IMG/VR virus record: IMGVR_UViG_3300032069_000005
Coordinates: 1 to 64,000 of that record
Strand: one strand, 5' to 3'
Source of the DNA: a virus
Length of the DNA: 64,000 nucleotides
Shown here piece by piece: positions 39,465 through 49,122 of this stretch. Within the stretch, counting starts at the first letter, position 1. Each line of letters opens with the position of its first letter. The notes under the pieces were generated by a model. It searched no databases. It saw only the letters and a list, made by a program, of their open reading frames with translations, and was not told where the DNA came from. The translations under genes and the position numbers were made by a program.

Positions 39465-40109
39465 ATGTTAAAAAATAAATTTTATTCACAACTTGAATTT
39501 GATATTTATATTGCAGAACAAAAAATAAGAAAAGATTCTGGTTACTTATCTGTCTCTGAAAGAACTCAATTAGAAGAAATGATTAAAAATCCCAAATCTT
39601 ATATTACTGAAAAACCAAAAGATAATCCTAATGTAAAGAAAATAGTTACTGATATTATCGAACTTCGTGTTCCTTGTCAGAAAGTAGAAAAAGGAGAAGA
39701 TATAAAACAAATCATAACTGAACTTAAAGAAACTTGCCACGCACATAACGGACTTGGATTAAGTGCCAACCAAATTAATTATAGAAAAGCAATTTCATAT
39801 ATTAATGTTCTTAAATCCTTTGACCCTAAGACCAAGAAGGTAGATAAGACCGAATTAATCTTAATTAATCCGAGGATTATAGAAAAATCTAATCCCATAA
39901 AAATACAAAATGAAAGCTGCCTATCCTTTCCTGGGATTTCTGTTGCGACTAAAAGATATATTTATTGTATAGTTACTTTCCTATCTGAGGATTTTAAAGA
40001 AAAGACAATGGCATTGCAAGATTTGGAATCTTTTGCCTGTCAGCACGAAATACATCACATACAAGGAAAAACGATTCTTGATTTAGATGTAAAGTGGAAA
40101 AGTAAATAA
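39465..40109 (+). CDS. def: peptide deformylase
   Basis: GLGLSANQI, LINP, ESCLSFP, QHEIHHIQG. Confidence 0.88.
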   Translation: MLKNKFYSQLEFDIYIAEQKIRKDSGYLSVSERTQLEEMIKNPKSYITEKPKDNPNVKKIVTDIIELRVPCQKVEKGEDIKQIITELKETCHAHNGLGLSANQINYRKAISYINVLKSFDPKTKKVDKTELILINPRIIEKSNPIKIQNESCLSFPGISVATKRYIYCIVTFLSEDFKEKTMALQDLESFACQHEIHHIQGKTILDLDVKWKSK

Positions 40110-40113
40110 TTTA

Positions 40114-40746
40114 ATGATAATCCTCCTAACCATAATCTATTCTATCATCATAATCGGGGTTCATGAATTGGCTCATTTATTCGCTGCAAAAGTCGTTGGT
40201 TGTTCAGTATCTGTATTTTCAATTGGCTTTGGGCGACCCTTCTATTCTTTTTATATAGGTAACACCCGATACAATATTGCACCAATTCTTTTAGGCGGTT
40301 ACTGTGAACTAAAAGGCGAGAATGAACTTAGTCCAGACAAAGACGCTTTCTGTAATCTAACCTATAGAAAAAAATTCTTTCTAATTTCGGCTGGGTGTAT
40401 ATGTAATATTATTATGGGGGTTATTCCTTATTTATTGGGATTGAAATGGGGAATTTTTTGGCTTTATTATTTTGGTTATTTAAGTATTGGATTAGGTGCG
40501 AGTAATCTATGCCCCGTTCCGTGTCTTGACGGAAGTTATTTAATTTTTGTTTGGATTGAAAAATTATTCGGAAAAGAAAAAGGAAATTATTTACTTAATA
40601 AGATAATGAAAACTGGATTTGTAGTTTTAATCGTTTTAAATATTTTGACTGGATTGTGGTTAGCTTATTACTATAAATCAGAGTTACTATATTGGATTAT
40701 TTTTTATTGGAAATTAATTATTGATTTTGTTGGGAGGATATTATGA
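40114..40746 (+). CDS. site-2 protease (M50, RseP-like, no PDZ domain)
   Basis: HELAH, FSIGFG, LGGY, NLCPVPCLDG. Confidence 0.88.
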   Translation: MIILLTIIYSIIIIGVHELAHLFAAKVVGCSVSVFSIGFGRPFYSFYIGNTRYNIAPILLGGYCELKGENELSPDKDAFCNLTYRKKFFLISAGCICNIIMGVIPYLLGLKWGIFWLYYFGYLSIGLGASNLCPVPCLDGSYLIFVWIEKLFGKEKGNYLLNKIMKTGFVVLIVLNILTGLWLAYYYKSELLYWIIFYWKLIIDFVGRIL

Positions 40747-41900
40747 AAAAAATATATATAAATAAACCAGGAAATACTACATTCGTAATGGTTGCGGTAA
40801 ATACTGGAGCGTTTAACGAAGTAGATGCCTATAAGGGAATTTCTCATTTTGTAGAACATCTTTGTTTTAAAGGAAATCCAAAAAGAAACCAAGAACAAAT
40901 TTCTTCAGCAATCGACAATATTGGCGGAGTTTTAAATGCCTTTACCGATTGGGAAATAACTGCATATTGGGCTAAAGTAGGAAATTCATATAAAGATTTG
41001 GCTATAGATGTTATTTCTGATTTGGCAACTAAACCCATATTCCCAGAAAAAGAAATTGATAAAGAGCGAGAAGTAATTATCCAAGAACTAAAAATGTATG
41101 AGGATGACCCTAAATCCGCAGTTTATGATTTATTTAATAAACAATTATATAGCAAAGAGTCTGGATTTTATCTTCCAATTATAGGAACTAATGAAACTCT
41201 CAATAATATTAAGAGAGATAATTTAATTTCCTATCATAAAGAAAAATACAATAATCCCACATTAATAGTAGTTGGAAATGTAAAAAATTATTCTACTATT
41301 AGTTATCCTAATCCAAAATATATGCCATCTTCATTGGAAAAAGAACCAAAAGATTTATTAGTTGAAAGAAAAAATATAACTCAAGCGAATATTCTCATAG
41401 GAAATTCTATTAACTTAACAGATAAATTTGACAAAATAGAACAATCGCATTGTTTATTATTGCTCGATGCGGTCTATGGTGATATGTCTGGAAGATTATT
41501 TAAAACAATTAGAGAAAAATATAATATGGTCTATCGAGTTCATTTTAATTGGGATTTATTTAGTAATGGATTTATTCAATGGGAAGTATCTGCGGGATTA
41601 GAAAAAGAAAATATTGCCCAGGCAAGAGATTTAATTATTCAGGAATTAATTCGCCCAATTTCAGAAAAAGATATGGATATTATTTTAAATAAGGCGATTG
41701 GGCAAAGAGAAATGACATTCGACAACAATATCAACGTAGGCAGCACAATTGCATATTCATTATATAAAGGAATTGATTATAAAGAATATTTAAATAATTA
41801 TGATGAATATCTCGAAAAAGCAACAGAAGTGGTAAACGAGTTTATAGAAAAAATGAAATTTAACAATAATATTTTAGTCGGAATTGTGCCCGAAAAATGA
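40743..41900 (+). CDS. M16 family zinc peptidase
   Basis: GISHFVEHLCFKG, NAFT, EREVIIQE, RLFKTIREK. Confidence 0.9.
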   Translation: MKKIYINKPGNTTFVMVAVNTGAFNEVDAYKGISHFVEHLCFKGNPKRNQEQISSAIDNIGGVLNAFTDWEITAYWAKVGNSYKDLAIDVISDLATKPIFPEKEIDKEREVIIQELKMYEDDPKSAVYDLFNKQLYSKESGFYLPIIGTNETLNNIKRDNLISYHKEKYNNPTLIVVGNVKNYSTISYPNPKYMPSSLEKEPKDLLVERKNITQANILIGNSINLTDKFDKIEQSHCLLLLDAVYGDMSGRLFKTIREKYNMVYRVHFNWDLFSNGFIQWEVSAGLEKENIAQARDLIIQELIRPISEKDMDIILNKAIGQREMTFDNNINVGSTIAYSLYKGIDYKEYLNNYDEYLEKATEVVNEFIEKMKFNNNILVGIVPEK

Positions 41901-43266
41901 TAAATAAAAAATTATTTTGGTTGTATTTACTTTCTGCTTCTATTTATGCAACTCAAGGATTAGAAGGGCTTCCTGGATTGCCATTATTCTTTTATCTTAA
42001 AGAACATCTTCATTTAACTCCAGAAAAAATAATGTGGATTTCGTCGATTATTACTCTCCCTTGGTTAATTAAACCGATATTTGGATTTTTTATCGACAAT
42101 TTCTTAACTAAGAAAATTTGGATTATTCTTTCTCTTATTGGAAGTATTTTGGTGTCTTTCTATTTCGGATTATCTCCTTATTTAACTATTCCTATAATTA
42201 TATTAGTATCGATTTTAGGAAATTTAGCAACTGCTTGGAGAGATATTTCAAACGACGGATTGGCGTGTGTAGAAGGCAAAGAAAATAATTGCTGTGATAT
42301 TTTTCAGAATGTGCAATGGACTTCAATTACTTTGGCAGGGATTATTACAGGATTAGCTGGAGGATATATTGCCGACCATTTTAATTATAAATTTGCTTAT
42401 TTATGTTTAATTCCTATTTATTTAATTATTATAGGAATTGTATTAAAATATAAAGAACAAAATGCTTTAAAAGAATTAAAAAAACATTATCATAGTTCAA
42501 TTACCATACATCATAGAAAGAAATCATCTTTGTTAGGTAACATTCTATCTTATAAAGAACTCTTTGCAAATAAATCATTTTTATTAGGCTGTTTATTTAT
42601 TTTTCTATTTAATTTTAATCCAAGTTTCGGAACACCTTTATTATTTATTGAAAGAAAATGGGGTTGGTCAGGATTTTTTATTGGGTTATTAGGAGCATTA
42701 AGTTCAACTATTAGTATTATTGGGGCACTTTTATATTATAAATTTAGTAAAAAAATTAAAAATAAAGATATGAAAATAATCATTCCAACAATCAAAATAA
42801 AATGAAAAATAAATGTAATTGTGGAGGTTATAAATTGGGAAAAAGAATTAATAAGAACAAATGAATTAAAGGAAAAATTATGCGTGTGGTTATCGAATAT
42901 AAAGAAGTTATTTTAGACCTGAAAAATATTCTGAAATTAAGTGTTTTTATTTCAGCCGGAATTACTCTTTTTTATATTTATTTTACTCCCGTAAGTGCAA
43001 TTATTTATAGTTGTTTATTTAGTATTTTTGGTATGTTTATTTTCCTTACTGTTATGACCTTTATGGCAGAATCAACTATTAAAGGAAAAGAATCTACATC
43101 ATTTGCATTACTTTGTTCTATTAATAATTTAGCAGGAACTTTATCGATAATGACCGGAGCATTTTTATTACCTTTGCTCGGACTAAAGTGGCTTATTATT
43201 TTATCTGCGGGGACTTCATTTTTGTGCTTCCCCCTAATTGGCAAATTAGGAATAAAAAATGACTAA
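41897..43266 (+). pseudogene. BT1/folate-biopterin-type MFS transporter split into two ORFs
   Basis: PWLIKPIFG..D motif and TM helices in 41897-42805; the remaining helices (GKESTSFALL.SINN) in 42880-43266; non-homologous ~158-bp segment between. Confidence 0.6.
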
Positions 43267-43444
43267 ATTATCTATCGAAGAAAAAACTAAACTAATTGAG
43301 AGAATACAGAAATTATTTTCTTTGGGTGATAGTTCCAGAAATCCCAATGAGGATGAAGTAAAAAGTGCCCTATGAAAAGCCAAACAATTAACGAGACAAC
43401 ATAATTTAAGTTTATCAAAATTAAGGGGAAGAAATAATGAATAA
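43259..43444 (+). pseudogene. DUF2786-like fragment with in-frame TGA
   Basis: IERIQKLFSLG..SRNPNEDEVKSAL*KAKQLTRQHNLS; TGA at 43373-75. Confidence 0.55.
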
Positions 43445-44027
43445 AATTTATCGAAATGACGAAGAACCCATTGAAGATATTATCAAAAAAGATGAGCGAT
43501 ATACCGAAGAATATTATTTTCGAGTATTAAATAAAGACCGATATATTCTTTTATATGATATTATTACAAATACATCTACCGATATAACAGTTTCTAAAAT
43601 AAAAGCAATGAATATATTAGATTCAAAGAAACCAATTACAATCGAAATTAACAGCCCTGGTGGAGATGTTAGTTGCGGATTCTCTTTAATTAATGCGATT
43701 GAACAAAGTATTGCTCCCATTCATACTATTATTAGTGGTCAATGTGCAAGTATGGCTGCGTTGATTAGTATTGTAGGAAAGAAACGAAATATATATTATA
43801 ATTCGTATTGGATGCAACATCCGCTTTCTGAGGGGCAAGCAGACTATTTGCAGTTTATCAAAGATAGAACCAAATTCTTAATTCATTTAGATAACATAAC
43901 CAATAATATATTAAGAAAATATACCAAATTAACCAAATTAGATTTACGAAAATGCTCTGTTGGAGAACTTTGGCTGTCAGCAGACGAATGTTTAAAAAAA
44001 GGCATAGTCGATAAAATAATAAAATGA
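43437..44027 (+). CDS. clpP: ClpP-family protease
   Basis: INSPGG, CASMA (Ser), MQHP (His), WLSADECLKKGIVD. Confidence 0.85.
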   Translation: MNKIYRNDEEPIEDIIKKDERYTEEYYFRVLNKDRYILLYDIITNTSTDITVSKIKAMNILDSKKPITIEINSPGGDVSCGFSLINAIEQSIAPIHTIISGQCASMAALISIVGKKRNIYYNSYWMQHPLSEGQADYLQFIKDRTKFLIHLDNITNNILRKYTKLTKLDLRKCSVGELWLSADECLKKGIVDKIIK

Positions 44028-44088
44028 AAAAATACAAAGAATGTAAAATCACTAAAAAGAGGCATATAAGACCAGCGGAGGAAAAATA

Positions 44089-44737
44089 ATGAATATTTAT
44101 TTTTCTGCCGACTGGCATCTTTAACCACGCAAATATAATAAAATATTGCGGAAGAACTGCGTTTATGAATGATGAAGAACTTTCAATTTATAATAAATTA
44201 AAAGATAGACCTCAAGAAGAACAAAAACAATTTAAAATAAGTAAAGAATCTACTATTAAAATGAATGAAAGATTAATCAACAATTGCAATGAAAGAGTAA
44301 AAGAAGATGATATATTGATTTTTGATGGAGATTTAGGGTTTAAATCTGGAACTGGCAGAGGGGAAGGAGAACCAGAAAAATTACAAAAATATGTCGAACA
44401 AATCAAATGTAAGCATATATATTGGATAGAAGGCAATCACGATGCAAAAGGCAAAAATAGTTTTAAAACTCCCCTCCAAAAAATGATTATCAAATGTGGG
44501 GGGAAAAGAATTTGTATAGTGCATAACCCCGAATTCGCAGATGTAAACTATGAAATCAACTTAACCGCCCACGTTCATAATAATTGGGAAATGAGGAGAA
44601 TTCGCAAAGGATTTTCTTACACAGATGCTATAAACATAGGCGTAGATGTGTGGAACTTTTATCCCGTAAACTGGCAAGAAATTTGGCAAAGATATTCGCA
44701 TTACTTAAAGGAATTAAAATGCACCGAATCTGTATAG
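44089..44737 (+). CDS. calcineurin-like phosphoesterase with +1 frameshift near the 5' end
   Basis: MNIYFSADWHL (DxH) in one frame, NHANIIKYCGR...GD..GNHD..AHVH..INIGVD in the +1 frame; junction CTT-TAA-C. Confidence 0.7.
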
Positions 44738-44822
44738 GAATAATTATTGGAATGTTGATTACTTTCTTTATTTTAATAGATGAATTATTTGGATGGTTAA
44801 CAATTAAGAAATTAAAAAAATT

Positions 44823-46115
44823 ATGGAAAATATTAAACCAATAAATACTGCAATTATTTTAGCTGGCGGTCTGGGCACTCGATATGGCAGCGAAATACCG
44901 AAGCAATTCTGTAAGATTAATGGGAAACCAGCTATTCATTATGTATTAGATGAATATATTGCATCTAATCTATTTCCCAAAATTATCATTGCGATAAATG
45001 ACCTAAGATACAAATACTTGTTTAAGAATTATGATAAAAATACAATCAAAGTAATAAAAGGCGGAGATACTCGCACAAAAACTCTTTATAATGCAGTTCA
45101 TTATGCCAAGCGGTTTAATCCTGAGAATGTATTTATTCAAGATTCTGTTCGCCCATTAATTAAAAAAGAAGACCTACTGCAATATTTAGAAGCCATAAAA
45201 GGATTTGATTGTGTTGTTACCTATGAACCAATAACAGATGCCCTCTTTGACGATGACCGAGATAAATTTAAATTAATTCAATCTCCTGATGTAGTGAAAT
45301 TTAAGAAACTCTATCAGGAAATAAATCCCAATAATCATACCTCAGCAATCTACCAACAATTAAAAACCCCCAAAATAAACTTCATAAAATTGAACCACGC
45401 AAACAATAAAATTACCTATCCTTATGACCTTTTTATATTAGAACATCTAATAAAATATAATGAGTATTTCCCTCATTCTCCCATTCTAAATGGTCGAACA
45501 ATATTATTATTGGGTTATTCGGGAGGAATTGGATATTCAGTTTATGAAAACTTATTACAACGCAATGTTAAACAAATTTGGATTCCTTCTCATAAAGAAC
45601 TAAATCTGGCGGAAAATTTTGAAGATTCTTTATTGAGTAAATATTATGATGTTGATGTGATTATAAATTGTGCAGGAATTCCTTATAAAAATGAAAACTC
45701 ATTATTATCTCATTATGAAGAAATGATGAATGTAAACTTTAGAGCCAATGTCCTATTAATAGAATTTACTAAAAAAATAAGAAAGACATTTCACGATAGA
45801 CCCATTAATATAGTTACTATTAGTTCTTCTTCTGCGACAAAAGGTAGACCTGGATTTACTATTTATTCAGCTTCTAAAAGTGCCTTGCATAGCCTGGTCG
45901 AAAGTCAGGCAGAAGAACTCGCAAAACAAGAAATCTATCTCAATTGCGTTTGCCCAGAGAAAGTGAATACTCCTTTTTGGAAAAAATTACATACCCCAAT
46001 CAATAAATTAGAAACGCTTACTCCACGAGAAGTGTCTCAAATAGTGGTATCATTTTGCGACACCAAAGAATATGGAAAAATAATTCATATTAGAAAAGGA
46101 TTGGTTTATGAATAA
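44823..46115 (+). CDS. bifunctional IspD/TarI-like cytidylyltransferase plus SDR reductase (Bcs1-like CDP-ribitol synthase)
   Basis: LAGGLGTRYG..PKQF, GGDTR, DSVRP, KITYP.DL; SDR GYSGGIG, INCAG, SSSS, YSASK. Confidence 0.8.
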   Translation: MENIKPINTAIILAGGLGTRYGSEIPKQFCKINGKPAIHYVLDEYIASNLFPKIIIAINDLRYKYLFKNYDKNTIKVIKGGDTRTKTLYNAVHYAKRFNPENVFIQDSVRPLIKKEDLLQYLEAIKGFDCVVTYEPITDALFDDDRDKFKLIQSPDVVKFKKLYQEINPNNHTSAIYQQLKTPKINFIKLNHANNKITYPYDLFILEHLIKYNEYFPHSPILNGRTILLLGYSGGIGYSVYENLLQRNVKQIWIPSHKELNLAENFEDSLLSKYYDVDVIINCAGIPYKNENSLLSHYEEMMNVNFRANVLLIEFTKKIRKTFHDRPINIVTISSSSATKGRPGFTIYSASKSALHSLVESQAEELAKQEIYLNCVCPEKVNTPFWKKLHTPINKLETLTPREVSQIVVSFCDTKEYGKIIHIRKGLVYE

Positions 46116-46833
46116 TATTGCAGTAATAATAACTACAATAAAAAAAGACCAAATGATGTTAAAGTGCCTCCCTTCTTTTGACAAACCTGGAATAACAATC
46201 TATCTTTTAGACCAGGGGAAAATAACTCCCGAAAAAGAAACATTCTATAATTCACTTACTGATAAGGGGCATTGTATTTATCATATAGAAAAAGACATTG
46301 GATTATCTGCTGCAAGGAATTTTCTGTTAACAAAAGTTACTGAACCATATATTATGGTCGCAGACGATGATGTAGAATTATTATCTAATCCCTATGATGT
46401 CTTGCATCATTTTGAAGAAAATCCAAATATGGGTCTCGTTGGCGGATGCCTATTTAATGTAGCTAAAAATAAAGAGCATCATTATGAATATGCCCTGGAA
46501 ATAAGTAAAAAAATGCTCTGGCTAAAAAATTCCAATAAAATAGATTTAGTATTAAATTTTTTTATTGCAAGAAAAGAACTTTTTGGGGATATTCAATGGG
46601 ACGAACAACTTCAGGTCATCGAGCATACGGACTTTTTTCTGCGTCTAAAGCAATTAAATAAATGGATTATTGTATATGATAAAGTATTATTTGGAAATCA
46701 TTATTCTTATGAATTTAGAACAAATGATTATACTACTTTTAGAAAAACTAAATTTGCCAAATGTATGCGAATATTTCATCAAAAATGGGGGATTAATGGA
46801 ACTAAAAGAGACCTATGGAGGGAGATAAAATGA
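46108..46833 (+). CDS. GT2-family glycosyltransferase
   Basis: IGLSAARN, ADDD, EHTDFFLR. Confidence 0.8.
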   Translation: MNNIAVIITTIKKDQMMLKCLPSFDKPGITIYLLDQGKITPEKETFYNSLTDKGHCIYHIEKDIGLSAARNFLLTKVTEPYIMVADDDVELLSNPYDVLHHFEENPNMGLVGGCLFNVAKNKEHHYEYALEISKKMLWLKNSNKIDLVLNFFIARKELFGDIQWDEQLQVIEHTDFFLRLKQLNKWIIVYDKVLFGNHYSYEFRTNDYTTFRKTKFAKCMRIFHQKWGINGTKRDLWREIK

Positions 46834-47402
46834 CTAATCCAAATGTAATTAAAGATTTTGACCTTATTCTAAAAGTTACTAAAGAATTAAATGTAAGAAT
46901 TTTTTTAGAAGGAGGGGTTCTTCTGGGTGCAATCAGAAATAAAGATTTCCTTTATCACGATAACGATTTTGATTTTGGAATATATAGGTCTGAATTCCCA
47001 TCAGAAAGAAAAGATGGTTTTATAAAAGCATTGACGAGCAAAGAAATGATATTCAAAGGATTTGAAGCTCCCTGCTTTGCAGAACGAGTAGAATTTGCCC
47101 CCAGGGAACATATGATGAAGTTCTGGTCGAAGTATGCTAAATGGAATGTTGATTTCTTTATCTTTGAAAAAACAGATAATGAATATTATCATAAAGGGTG
47201 GGGGGGATATTTTCATTTCCCACTGGAATGTTTAGACACTTTAGACGAAATTGATTTTTTAGGATATAAAGTATTAGTTCCTCATAATCCAGAATTATAC
47301 TTAGAAACTTTATATGGAAAAACTTGGAGAATTCCCAATCCAGGATTCAAAAAAAATGGGATTAAAAAAGATTATTGTAATTGGACAAAAGAGTTGAGAT
47401 GA
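46830..47402 (+). CDS. licD: LicD/fukutin-family phosphotransferase
   Basis: GGVLLGAIR, HDNDFDFG, P.NPE.YL..LYG..W.IP. Confidence 0.8.
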   Translation: MTNPNVIKDFDLILKVTKELNVRIFLEGGVLLGAIRNKDFLYHDNDFDFGIYRSEFPSERKDGFIKALTSKEMIFKGFEAPCFAERVEFAPREHMMKFWSKYAKWNVDFFIFEKTDNEYYHKGWGGYFHFPLECLDTLDEIDFLGYKVLVPHNPELYLETLYGKTWRIPNPGFKKNGIKKDYCNWTKELR

Positions 47403-48457
47403 ATAATGCCGAATTTAATAAACAATTAAAATCCACAATAAAAAATAAAACAGTTCTTATTACTGGAGGAACTGGTTCTTTAGGACGAACTTTAATAAAA
47501 AGATTATTAAACTTTAATCCAAAAAAGATAAAGATTCTTAGCAGAACAGAAGATAAACGAGCAAAGGCAAAAAAAGAGTTTGAAAAAATATCCATAATCG
47601 AATATATTCCTGGCGACATATTGGACAGAGACAAACTTAAATTTGCATTAGAAAATGTAGATATTGTCTTTCATTTGGCAGCAATGAAACGAATTGAAGA
47701 ATGTCAACAACATCCTGAAGAAGCAATCAGAATCAATCAAGGAGGAGCATCTAATCTAACCGAATTAATTTTGCAGAATAAAAATATACAATATGTAATC
47801 GGAGCGAGTTCGGATAAAGCCTGTAATCCTACCAATATTTATGGAAACACTAAAAGGGCAATGGAAGATATATTTATTGGTGCTCAAAGAGGAGCAGAAG
47901 GAAGAGGAATTAAAACAAAATTCTCATTAATTAGGGGAGGGAATTTTCTTGGAAGTGATGGTTCAGTTCTACCTACCTGGATTAATGCAGCCAAAGCGGG
48001 AAAATCATTGGAAATTACCGACCCCGAAATGAAACGATATACCCTATTATTATCTGAGGCGGCAGATTTATTTCTTTGGGCATTATTGAATTCAAGAGGC
48101 GGAGAAATTATTACCAGAGAAATGCCGATGTTTCGTTTAGGCGATTTAGCAGAAATAATTTCAGATATTTATAAAATAAAAATAAAGAAAATTGGAATAA
48201 GAATCGATGGCAGAGAAAAAATTAAAGAAGAATTAATTTCAGACACAGAAATTCCATTTACAGAAGAAATATACTATCCTTTCAAAACTAAATATTTAAA
48301 TAGACCAATAAAATTCAGAATTCTTATATTTACTCCTGGGAAAAAGGTAGAGCAAACCCCCGATATTAAATATTCTATCTGTTTATCAAAAAAAGAATTA
48401 TATAAAATGCTCAAAATCGGAGAGCCTTCTCCTGGAGAATGGTTTCCTAAAAAATAA
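47399..48457 (+). CDS. UDP-GlcNAc 4,6-dehydratase (PseB/FlaA1/CapD-like)
   Basis: TGGTGSLG, HLAAMK, SSDKACNPTNIYGNTK, RGGNFLGSDGSV, TDPEMKR. Confidence 0.85.
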   Translation: MNNAEFNKQLKSTIKNKTVLITGGTGSLGRTLIKRLLNFNPKKIKILSRTEDKRAKAKKEFEKISIIEYIPGDILDRDKLKFALENVDIVFHLAAMKRIEECQQHPEEAIRINQGGASNLTELILQNKNIQYVIGASSDKACNPTNIYGNTKRAMEDIFIGAQRGAEGRGIKTKFSLIRGGNFLGSDGSVLPTWINAAKAGKSLEITDPEMKRYTLLLSEAADLFLWALLNSRGGEIITREMPMFRLGDLAEIISDIYKIKIKKIGIRIDGREKIKEELISDTEIPFTEEIYYPFKTKYLNRPIKFRILIFTPGKKVEQTPDIKYSICLSKKELYKMLKIGEPSPGEWFPKK

Positions 48458-48459
48458 CT

Positions 48460-49122
48460 ATGAATGAAATATTAACTGTATTTGTAATTTCTACTCAAAG
48501 AAAAGAAAATTATCGAGAATGTATTAATTCATTAAAATCTCAGACTATGAATTTTAACTTAATTGAAATAAAAGATATTTCTCCAATGCCAGTCGCTTTT
48601 AATAGAATGATTGAATTATATAATCATTCTTATTACCATCTTCTAAATAACAATACTGCTGAATTTACTTATACCTCTTATAAATATCAATTAGAAAGTA
48701 TAAATAAAACTCAAGAAATCATACAAAAACATTTAAATTATAAAATTCGCGTATTTGGAGCAGTAGCAAATTCAATAAGTAAAAAAACAATGAGAATTAT
48801 AGAGCATAATAAAGATTTAACTCATCTTTATTATTATCTAAATTATAAAGAAAAAATTCCCAAAATACCTAACAAAAAAGCAATATCAGTAAATGGATAT
48901 GGTTATTTAGAATTAAACATCGATAATTTTTCAAATGAAAACCAAAAAATATTAGACTTGCAATCATTTATATTTAATTTTGAAAAGTTTCAAGAAAATC
49001 CAATCATTTATCAATTACATCCTCAAATGTGGAATAACAGAGACTTTTTGCTTTTTGAACAAATATTGAATTATTTAATCTCAATTAATACAAACTTTAT
49101 TTTCCCAACGGAGATTTTATGA
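48460..49122 (+). CDS. apparent chimera: GT-like N-terminus fused to a polysaccharide deacetylase-like C-terminus
   Basis: VFVIST...CINSLKSQ...AFNRM, then NHSYYH...EF....YQLESI..TQ and QLHP. Confidence 0.45.
   Translation: MNEILTVFVISTQRKENYRECINSLKSQTMNFNLIEIKDISPMPVAFNRMIELYNHSYYHLLNNNTAEFTYTSYKYQLESINKTQEIIQKHLNYKIRVFGAVANSISKKTMRIIEHNKDLTHLYYYLNYKEKIPKIPNKKAISVNGYGYLELNIDNFSNENQKILDLQSFIFNFEKFQENPIIYQLHPQMWNNRDFLLFEQILNYLISINTNFIFPTEIL

Noticed and set aside
43259-43444. TGA recoding suggested by an in-frame TGA in the DUF2786-like fragment
   Set aside because: Many intact genes end in TGA, often as ATGA overlaps, and long genes have no internal TGA; a point nonsense mutation is simpler
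19830-47634. Numerous short minus-strand ORFs opposite the + strand genes
   Set aside because: Antisense shadows of well-supported genes, with no motifs or SD sites
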